From: a virus
IMG/VR virus record: IMGVR_UViG_3300023202_000205
Coordinates: 64,001 to 128,000 of that record
DNA length: 64,000 nt
Strand: one strand, 5' to 3'
Each line of letters begins with the position of its first letter. Within the stretch, counting starts at the first letter, position 1. The notes beneath the pieces were generated by a model. That model worked only from the letters and a program-made list of their open reading frames with translations, ran no database searches and had not been told where the DNA came from. Shown piece by piece: positions 44,254 through 54,440 of the stretch. Position numbers and translations under genes: made by a program.

Positions 44254-47089
44254 CTATGATGCTCCATATTCGTGATCATCTCTGCTTCCTTATCTCTGAA
44301 TGAGATGCCCATCACGAACCACCACTGAGGCCCTCCCCGTTCGATCTGCTCAGGCAGGAGTCCGAGATCCCACAGCGCGCTGATCAAGTGTGGCGTGTCG
44401 TTGATGTGATTCAGCATTTCTTGTTGGGTTTGCTCATCCATCCTAGTCTTCCTCTTCCAAAGGAGGGTGACATATAATCTGTCGAGAGAAAGCGTCAGCC
44501 TTTTTGATGACCGCCTTGGCCCGGTCGGCTAGCCGACCATCCTTGTTCATCGCAAAAGCGACGGTGCTCTCCTTCGAGCCGCTGGACTCCAGCTTACTCA
44601 ACTGGCTCCGGGCGTTGCTTTCGATCCGCTTATGCAGGAATCCCTGCTCAATCCGGTCGCGAATCTTCTGCACCTCTTCCTGCCGTCTTTTGGTGTCAGA
44701 CATGTGCATTTCCTTGTGTTAGGGCGTAATAAACCCCGTCTCGCCGGTGGTGAGTGCGATGCTGTCCTGTCGGAAGTCGGCAGCCGCCCGACGAAGACCT
44801 TCACGCAGCTGATGCAACTCGGCTGCATGGATCTCGACGACGAAGCAAGCATTCTGCCAAACTGCGTCGGGTATCGAATACCCTGAGAAGTGGATCTGCC
44901 CCAGCTCTCTCAGCACGGTATGCACGCGCCGGCAGAACAGCGCCCAATCGTGCTGGCCGAGCTTGTCGTCGGTGTTCCCAACCTGGATGACGGCGGTCAG
45001 CATCACGGAACCTCCATCACTTGGTCCGGCCGCACCAGATAGGTCCACAGCCGCGGAGGCTGCACCCAATCCTCACCTTCTTCGCCCGGCTCGCCACAAT
45101 ACCCCTGCCCGCTATCGAGCAGGAAGCGGACTTGTCCATCGTCGCAGGTCACGTATTGGCCGAAGTGCGCCTCGTAGAACAGCGCCGGCGAGCCATCGGC
45201 CTTCCGGTGGTTGAGTTTGGTGACAATGCTCAATCCGAGCACGGCACTATCGCCCCAACGGCCGTTATCTGGAAAGGTGTCGGGATTGTCTTCGTCGAAG
45301 ACTACCCACTGCGGAATGGCGCTGGCGGCAAGCAGATCGTCAAGCACAGGGCCAGGATCCTCGCCAGCGTCGAGAAACGCATTAAGAGTATCAACGGGTT
45401 TGGCAAGCTCTGGACTGGTCATGGATTAACTCCTGTTTCGTCAATGTTCTGTAAGGCACCTTCGGCGATGTTGGCCAGCTGATACGCCAGGTCACCCTGT
45501 TCTAATGTGAGGTTGTCGTGACACACACTGTGGATCTTACCCAACGTATCGAGCGCGCCCTTGAGACCGGCCAATGCTCGTGACAACGGATGCTCCGGGC
45601 ATGTCTTGATGTGTTCGGCCAGCGCCTCGGCAGGCACCTGCTCATCACCAGGCCCGTAGCGGTGGCCACAGTAGACGCAGTTGATGTAGAGCTTGGTCTG
45701 CAGGTCGTTGACCCACTTGCGCAGGTCACGCACGCGCTTCACGAGGTCGGACAAGCGCTGCAAGCCGAAGTGCGGGTCGTCCTCGTCGTACTTGCCGTCG
45801 AGCGCCTCCTCGAAGCGCATACAGGCGCCTTCGACGCCGGTGTCATTACCACGCCACCACCTTGGGTCGGTCTCGTCGTAGATCTCGTCGTCGGCCCACT
45901 GCTTGTAGCGTTCGAGCTCGGCCTCGGCTTCATAAGCACGAGACGCTGGGACCATCGGTATCTCCTGCATGATCTTACCGATCTTCAGAGGTGGCTCATC
46001 TGGCGGCCGCGGCAGGTCCGGATCAAGTGCATGCGCCGCCCACTTCTGCATCCACTGCGCTGTCGGGTCCTCGTTGCGGCCAGCGCCACGGATCTTCTCC
46101 AACGCCTCGGTGACATGGATGTGCGGCTTGTGCGGCGTAATCGAACTCGGCACCGCGGGCAAATGTCTGAGTGGGTTGTCCGCCGGTGGTAGTTGAGCAT
46201 TCCGCTCCAGCGCCTGCTCTCCAAGCTCAGAAAGATATGCCATATCACGTTGCAGGCCGGGGTTTCTGCTCATGGCCTCCCGCACGTCCTCTAAGGCCTT
46301 CTGCAGCTCAGGCCCGGAGGCCCTGGCGGCGAGCGCAGCGTCTTCGATCGACTGCGGCCAAACCTGGAAGCCGTGATCGATGAACCACTTTATGACCTGC
46401 AGGTTGGCGACATTGTCGCCCATGTAGTCGATGACTTCGCCAACGCGGATCTCGTAGTGGTAATAGTCCACTTCGCGGTCCATGGACTCGACGGCCACCT
46501 TGAAATGCAGGTGCTCCTTCCGCATGGCGCCGGGGTCGGCCGCGTAGAGGTACATGCCATACTCGGGGTGGTAGCTGACCTTATCGCCATGGTCGTCATC
46601 ATCGTCGTCTTCGTCGGCGAGCACGATGCCGCTGAAGTCGAAGGCGCCGGCGGCCTGGCAGATCTCGAGCAACTCGTCGATCTCGTTTGGAGTGAGTTGG
46701 GTGACGCTAGTTCGCATAAGGATGTTCCCTCTGGGAGATCGGACTGGGTAAGTCACCTCCATTTGGTGTTGCGCGTTCCTTGGGAGTCGCCTCCCTTATT
46801 GTCCCACCCATGGTTGCGGCCTCGGTAAGATCATCTACACGGATCTCTCGACTACCGACCTTGACAACATAGCTCATAGTTCTTGCTCCTTTGGATTCTC
46901 ATGGTCCGTCACCGCTGACCCAGGCGGTAGCTCACCAAAAAGACGCTCAGCAAGATAGCGGATATTTGTTCGGATCCTCCGCTTCAACCTGCGACCATTC
47001 TCCGTAAGCTCCTCCTCCGGTTGGATACCGTAGGTCGTTACCAAGAATGTAATCTCACCCCACATCTCTTGCTCTTCGCTTTCAGTCAT
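44250..47089 (-). other. Run of small/medium hypothetical early-type genes (44250..44441, 44443..44709, 44719..45069, 45003..45422, 45419..46762, 46874..47089)
   Basis: Coupled minus-strand ORFs. The 447-aa ORF ends with a YINCVYCGH...HIKTCPEHP Zn finger. Confidence 0.6.
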
Positions 47090-47219
47090 GGCGCTCCTTC
47101 AACAACGACTGACGTCGTCTCCGACGCTCCCTCGCTAACTTGGTGTATAAATACCAAGTAGTGGGTGCTCGCTTTGTTACCTTGATCCTGTGAGCTTTCA
47201 TAGCCCCCTCGTAGTAAAA

Positions 47220-47253
47220 GTGTTCACGCGAACACAGTTGTCCGCGTGAACAG
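47220..47253. promoter_or_regulatory. Palindrome copy GTGTTCACGCGAACAC plus adjacent degenerate copy TTGTCCGCGTGAACAG
   Basis: Intergenic tandem site. Confidence 0.75.
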
Positions 47254-47418
47254 GTGTTGAGTTAAGAATGCCCTATGCCCGCCTGGTGAGACAGGAGATT
47301 GTGTCCACCTTGTCGTCACACAGGTAAGCCGCCTGATCGAAGAAAACCCAGAAACTCTTGCCATCTTTCGCCTCGACTATCAAACTTTGCACCCACTCCC
47401 CCTCGTCGGGTCGCGTCT

Positions 47419-47449
47419 GTCACAGATACCAAGCCTCTGAGCGGGCATA
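47419..47449 (-). repeat. Solitary truncated CRISPR repeat
   Basis: 31 nt identical to the first 31 nt of the array repeat. Confidence 0.85.
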
Positions 47450-48659
47450 TCAAGCGCACCACGCCGCTGATCTTGGTGGTTAGCTGGCCCCCGGCACCCC
47501 ATAGTTCTCATGGATCCACTGCAGCGCAGGCAGGCTCGTGTTACGGATCGCTTCGTGCAGCTCCTTCACGTAGTGAGTCTCGCCGTCGTGCATGTGGACG
47601 AACTTCGGGCAAGCCCACAGCTCGACGGTAAGGCCTTCGGCGTGATACGTTATCGCAGTGTAATGGTCGGCCTCACCTTGCTCACGGCGGTCTTCCGTCA
47701 AACGAATGAGCAGAACCGCCATATCGCCCAGTGAGAGGTCCTTGAGGATCTTGGCGGCCGTCTCTTTGGTCTTCATCACGTCTCCTGGTGTTCCGTGGCG
47801 CCGGGAGAAGACTGGCTACCACTGATGTCGGTGTGACCGCAGTCGTCCTCATCATCAGTTACCTGCATAATGATCGGCTCGCCGGTCGCCGGGCACGGGA
47901 CCCAGTGGGTCCATTCATCGGACCCGCCAGCTGGGCGGCTGAACTTCCGGAAGGTCAGGTCGGAATGCGTGCCGCCGCATCGCGCGCAGTCACGCACGGT
48001 AACAGGCCGCGGGAAGCGCTCAGCGTTATCGGAGCCGTGAGCTGCGGCCTCCAAGCGAGCAACAACGCAGTCGTCATCGTGCCCTTTGCCCGTGTGGTAA
48101 GCGGGTCCGCCGCATAGTGAGCAGTTGGCGTCCACCTGGTTAGTCAGCTTGACGATGGCATCACGTGCTTCACGTAGGAGTTCGGCAGTTGGTTGTGTCA
48201 TTGATCGATCCTTTGGTAGTTGCATAGGTTGATCACAGAACCCGATCACGCCGTGTTCTTCGGCGGCTTGCGTCTCACGCTTCACCTACTCCCCTTCCAA
48301 TATGGTCATCTCCCCGTCTCTCACCTGCTGCTGCAGCGCATCTCGCTCGAAGGTGAGGGCGCGGACGGTTTCGACCAGTTCCGGTGCAGCGGCAAGTAGG
48401 TCTGCGTCCGCACGGGATATCAGACCTCCTAGATACCCGTGACCGACAGGGCCGTAAACGTCCCAGGATTGCTCCTGTTCGTTCCACACGGCATGATACG
48501 GCCCCGGCGTGTACCCAGTGGGTAGATCTTCAGATGTCGGCATCGTTGGCCTCCTTTTGACGATGGGTTTGAGCGTCCTCTCTCCCGAGTTCGTAGTACC
48601 TGAGGTAACGCTTACCCCAGGTTCGGGCAACATGGCCCCGCCCGTCATAGCGGCCAAGA

Positions 48660-50362
48660 GCCTCGTCGATGTAACCGTGGCTGGCACAAAAGCTACCTAT
48701 TACTGGGTCGAGAGGTCGTTTACTCATAGAATACGAACCTTCTCACGGATTTTGCGTCGTGCATAGCTGCTTGGATCGTTTTTCTCCCACCCAAAGAGCC
48801 AGCACTCATCGTCAACGATCTTCCCGTCCTCGAAGATCAGATCCCCACTCATTTTGCGTGCCATTGCTGCCGCGCCCAAATTAGGGTAGTTCCCGAAATC
48901 ATAGTACTCGATAATCTCCCCGGTCCGACCCTCGCGTAGACCTAGAATGTGGTATCCAGTCAGTTTCATGGTACCTTTCCTTTCTTTACATAACCTAAAT
49001 CCAGTTGGTGGCTGCGTCACTATCTGAAATGTCTTCCCCAGTCGCCATTAAATGCGTGCTGCGATTGCATGCTTCACGCCACTCGCGCAGGACTCGCATG
49101 AAGGCATCAGCCAGATCAATGCTCTTGCCGTCATCGTCCTCGTCGTAGTTGTCATCGACAAGACCACGCTTCACAGCTTCCTTGAGTGCAGAAAAGATGT
49201 CCTGCTCGTTCTCGTTCACGAACTGAACAATGGCGTATTGCTTATTGTCCTGCTCTCGCACAAGATCCATCAGGCGCTTCTGCTTGGCTTCTGTATTCAC
49301 GTTGGGCATAAAATTAGTCATAGTTCATTCTCCTTCAGTGTTCGAATGGTTAAAACGAGGGTCTCTTATAGTTTTAGCGTTAGCGGGTTGGTGATTCTAA
49401 ATATTCCTGGAATGCCTGCTCCGGTGTTCTATCAACCAGGCACTTCTCTTTGAGCCAGAATGTGTATTCCATATTTTTTGAGCACCCGACGAACTTTTCA
49501 TAGGTGGCCTGGAGTCCAGGGCAGCCGCATATTGGACACACCGGAATGATTCCTGATCTCGATGTCTTGGTCCAGTCGTCCGTCCAGTACGCGCAACGCG
49601 CGGAATACCAGACCATCCGATTATTATCGCGGTCTGTAGTGGGTCGGCCTTCGGCGGTCTGGAATCGCGGCTCTTGCATCTTGTTATTCCTATTACGAGT
49701 GTCAGTCATTGCTTCTCCACTCCTCTCGAGCTTTAGCGCGAACTTCTTTACATTGGCACTCGTCGGTGCACCACCCGTCGATGTCAAACGAATGCTTACA
49801 GAAGTCGGGGTCGATCTCATCTCCGCTGGGTTCGTACCCCTCGCATCTCTTCATCTCTGCTTCAGGGTAGCACCGATTTTTCGGAGAACACGCTAGGTAC
49901 TTTCCGTTGAATTTACATAGATGCATTATTTCTCCTCAAAGGTTCAAAGGTTATGTTTCCTGATCGATAGTAAATCCGCGAATCGTCAACCCGCCGGTAA
50001 AGCAGATGTAAGACTCCCTGGAATTGCCGTGGCCACAGCAGGCATTGGTCACGCCGGGAAGGTGACCTAGGCACGGATCTGGCAAGCCGTCTGCGCTACT
50101 ACCGTGCTTACCGCACTGACCGCAGGGGCGATCGGCCCACGTCTCTACCGTGAGCTCGTCGTCGTCACAAAAACGCCATTCGCCATCGGCGTCCTGATAT
50201 ATGGGCCATCCTCGCAGAGTGTCAGTCATAGATCATTCCTCCATGAAGCCTTCCGGCGGTATTCTCGACTCATTATAGGTTCTTAGTTCTTCTGAAATTC
50301 CAAGTGCCTCGTCGATGTAACCGTGGCTGGCACAAAAGCTACCTATTACTGGGTCGAGAGGT
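48660..50362. repeat. 57-bp exact direct repeat (48660..48716 and 50306..50362)
   Basis: GCCTCGTCGATGTAACCGTGGCTGGCACAAAAGCTACCTATTACTGGGTCGAGAGGT occurs twice; encodes PLDPVIGSFCASHGYIDEA on the minus strand. Confidence 0.9.
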
Positions 50363-51919
50363 TTCTTACCCATTGTCGGGTAGTTCCCTAACGCTAACAC
50401 GGATGTGGTGTGTCTTACCACTTTTAAAGAGCACGTTGGGGTAAACCAGATACAGATCGTCTGGTTGGTCGCCAGGAAACCCCTTATCGTCATCTTCTGG
50501 CTCACGGCCAGTAAGCCGGTGGAACGTCTCTGCGTCGACGCCGAAGCAGAAGCACTGCATATCACCGCCTGCGTAGGCTATGAACTCGATGTAGGCTATG
50601 GACTCGATGACGGTCTCCCCAGGCACTTGATCACAGTAACCTATAGCATCTCCATCCAGTGTTACTATGTAGATCCTCCCCCAGTTGATGCGGGCATCTA
50701 CCACCTCCTTTTCCACATCAAGAACACCATCCCGCACTCGCCTAGCGAGAGCTGGAGCGTGCCGATAGATTACGTCGGCGATATGGCGACGTATTGCCTC
50801 ATATGTCGGGTCGATCTCTACTTCAGTAGCTAGACTCTCGACAAGCCCGCCGCGTATTTCTCTGAACTTCATGACTTCTCCTTGATCACAGGCATCACGA
50901 TGCGGTCGAAGACGATCTTGGTACGCAACGGACGAACGTTGCGGAAGGGTGGCAACCGAATCAGCAACCACTGCACCCACCTGGCTCGGCGCCAGAAGAA
51001 TCGCTCACGACGATTCATCTGATCCATCGGCACACCACGGACGTAACGGCTAGGGGCATCCGGGTCGCTGATCGGAATCACCACCGGCTTCCTGTTCGGA
51101 TCGAATAAACCCGCCGGTTTTCCATTCGGGAATCTGTTCGGGAAAACGCTCATGCGTCTATTTCATCACGACGACCTGATAATGGCCTCGGTCGCAATAC
51201 CCCGGTCGCTGCTTGATGAAGGCCAGCATCTCGTTCTCGTCATAGAGCTCGAGACAGACGGTATGCTCGCCGTCGTTGAGCTTCCATTTCCAGTTGTTTC
51301 CCATGTTATACTCCCTTTGGTTTACTCGTAACTGCAACAGCCTATAAGGCCATCTAGAAACTTGAGAATCTCAGTGACCTCTGGCTCCCTACTGTGTGTC
51401 GGTGCCCACTCCTCGAGCTTACGCTGCACCGCCCGACCACGCTCCTTTCCATGCATAGTAATGACGGCTGCCAACTGCACCAGTTGATGTGCCTCCGCGA
51501 TTATCTCGTCTTCATCTCTCATAAAACCCCCGCTCAGTAAGACTTACGTTGGCGACCCTAAATGATCGGATCGCTGAACTTGTTGAGCTGGTCCTTGTGC
51601 TCACGCACATACGTGAGGCACCGATTGAGGCGTGACACCCCGCGGTCATATCCGGCCGCGATTGCCTCGGCAAATCCCTCGCGGTGGTCGCCGCTCAAGA
51701 TGAGAAAGTACTCCATCTGCCCGAGCACGAGCGCGGTGGTCACGTCGCCGTAGATATACGTGTCGTGACTATTATAGGAGATATACCAGTGCTTGCTCCC
51801 GGTATCGACCTCGTCGGTCCGGTTGGGAACAGTGCACGGCATCCCTTCGATAACAGCCATATAAGCTGAGCTACGTTTCATGCTACCTTATCTTTCTTTT
51901 ATCCGTCTATTAGTGAATA

Positions 51920-51935
51920 GTGTTCACGCGAACAC
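51920..51935. promoter_or_regulatory. Palindrome copy GTGTTCACGCGAACAC
   Basis: Intergenic. Confidence 0.75.
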
Positions 51936-53977
51936 TATTACTCGTGGTGACTCTCGATCACTCGACGAGACGCTTCGACCCAGTTATCTATGGCCTCTCG
52001 CATCTCCTGGCGGACCTCACTCAGCACCTCAGCGTGTTGGTCGTCATCCCCCTCAGAAACCACGTCCGCAATCCGACGTGTTAGTAATACGTCGAACAAC
52101 CCTACGTGGTCCCGCAAGAACCGAGCACACCCGAGGGCGGCCTGGTCCAGCTGCTCGGCACTCTGCTGGGTTGCACCGTGGTACGCCTCCGCGTCGAGCT
52201 CAGCAGCTCGATGAGGATCTCCTTCTGATGGCATTTGTAGCTCCAAGTAAGGTAAGTGGTTAGGTGTTTCCGTCATCAAATAAATCAAGGACCAGGCTCT
52301 GGATCTTTTCACGGACATCCCGCGCCTCCGGAAGTGGTTCCGGTTCCCCCAACTGGTTGTGTGGTGCTGTCGCAAACTCCCATAGAATTAACAACCTCTC
52401 ACGGAGGTCCTCTGAGTACTGCTCCTGATTCTCCAAACAATCCTGTAACCGCTCTATCTCCTGAGCAGCTTGCACCATCTGCTGACAGCAGATGTCTCGT
52501 TCCCAGGGCTCTCCGTCAGTCGCTCCGAGACCTACTGACGCCCGTAGTTTCTGTACTAGACTCACCGCTCAGCCTCCTTTTGCCATTTCCGGGCGTACTG
52601 CAGCGCCCTCCGCAGGGCACTCTCGATGCCCTCAGAGGTCCCGTCGTGCTCCACCTGCACATCCGCGAGGGCCCGGGATATGCTGACACGGTCTGACTTT
52701 CTCCAGAAAATAACGGACACTTCTGATGCATCTATTTCGATCTCGGCCTCTCCTGACCGACTGCCTAACTGGATAGCTTCTGAAACCAGGTCTGAGAGAG
52801 TCCTTTGTTCATCCCCCAGCACATTGTGGTCGCACATTAAACGCCCCTTTCTTCACTCAACTGCTCGGTGACCTGCTCTGCGAATGCGAATATATGCTCG
52901 ACGACACCATCGCCGAAGTCTACGTGCGCTCGTTTCGACCGTAACGCCCAAGGACATCCTCCAGTCATGGCAGGTTCCGCCGCCACACTCCTTGAATCGC
53001 TTTCGCGACCGCGCGATTTAAATCTATCGTAACAGGCATTCTTATCTCCCCCGGCGTTTATGCTTCTTCATTTTCTTGCGGCGGGCTCTGGCCGCCCGAC
53101 GCTTCTGCTTCCCCAGCAAGCTATGATTATGACCCCAGGGCTTTGACGGTAGAGGTGCCACATAACCCGGCTGTGCCTTCAGCACGAACGGCCTATCCCC
53201 CTGTTCACGCCGCCTCCTCATCTCCAGGCCAAGAACACGCTCGAGGATAAGGACACGCTCGCGCTTAGTTAGATGTCCCGCCATCAGCTTTGCTCCGTCT
53301 CCGGCTCATGTCCGGTAGATAGTGGGCGATCTGCTCAGCCCAGGTTCGCCCCGTCAGGTTCCCCGTCGCCTGCATGTAGCCACAGGCAAAGAAAATCTGG
53401 TCCGGTTCGACGCCGGTCAGTTCGTCGACGAGCTCTCGTGTCCCGTCTTTGAAGAAATGTCCGAAGTCGCACTCGACCACCCATTCCACAGGATCGATGC
53501 CTAAGATCTCAAGGGCATCGAGCAGCGGATAGACATTCTCCCACCATTCGTAGGCCACTCCCGCACCCCCTGACAGGTCGCACTCACCGAGCTTGATGTG
53601 ACGGATTGCTAGCAGCATGTGAGCAATCTCGTCATACGACCGGTCGGACAACCCCTCCTTGATAGATTGGGCGACGAACCGCTCGTCTGGATCGAGTTTT
53701 ATACGCAAAAGCGTATCGACAAATTCATGCGTGCTCTCTATATGCATTGTCAGATCTCCTGTATAGTCTATCTGTTCTGTCACCAAAGCGCCCACTAGGC
53801 TATCAAGGCTTAGACAGAGCTACTCGTCAACAGCTCCCACCCCTATCTGCCCGAGACGATAGGGACCTTCTTAAGACGGGCTCACCTAGTGAGCGCTTTG
53901 GTGACAGAAATATGGTGTTTGTAGAAATCAAGAGAAAGGGCCGGCAAGTACCGGCCCTTTCTGCTTTTCTTTATCTA

Positions 53978-54424
53978 TCAGTCGATTACCCGCCTTTTGG
54001 TACGGAGGTCGACCTGATAGGTGATCAAGTAGATCCCTTCCTGGAACACGTGATCGTCATGCTCGGGATGTGCCAGCGTCCACTCACCTGTCGCCTCGAT
54101 CACCGGCCCCAGGCATTCCTGGCGCATAGCGGGATCATCACGAAAAAGATCGACTGGACACGCCTCCGCCGCCCGGGCAGCATCGTCGGGCCAGAAAATG
54201 CGAACGGGACCTTGCGCGTGATGCCGGGACCCGACGGTCTGGCCGAGAGCCACCTGCCTGGACTGCTCAGTATTTTCGACGTTCCACGCCGCCGGGCGTT
54301 TGGAGATGGGGTGACAGTAAACATCCCCCTGATGGCCCGCAGCATCCTTGTCATGCTTACGAACCTCCTGCTGGACCTTCGCGGCCTTGTCGTTCAGTTC
54401 CTTGATGTGTTCTTGGACGTTCAT
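53978..54424 (-). CDS. Small partner protein of the kind found next to DUF6745-type genes
   Basis: HQGDVY...LGQTVGSRH...HPEHDDHVFQEGIYLITYQ. Confidence 0.65.
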   Translation of the reverse strand: MNVQEHIKELNDKAAKVQQEVRKHDKDAAGHQGDVYCHPISKRPAAWNVENTEQSRQVALGQTVGSRHHAQGPVRIFWPDDAARAAEACPVDLFRDDPAMRQECLGPVIEATGEWTLAHPEHDDHVFQEGIYLITYQVDLRTKRRVID

Positions 54425-54440
54425 GTCTCTCCTCTAATTC

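Larger units (their letters stand above)
47480..53795 (-). other. Dense run of about 22 small hypothetical genes (e.g. 47480..47779, 47776..48285, 48530..48727, 48724..49020, 48995..49321, 49951..50229, 50233..50373, 50869..51153, 51322..51522, 51558..51881, 52260..52565, 52562..52837, 53042..53284, 53265..53795)
   Basis: Coupled starts and stops, GGAG Shine-Dalgarno motifs, and several Cys-rich/Zn motifs; typical of a phage early region. Confidence 0.6.
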
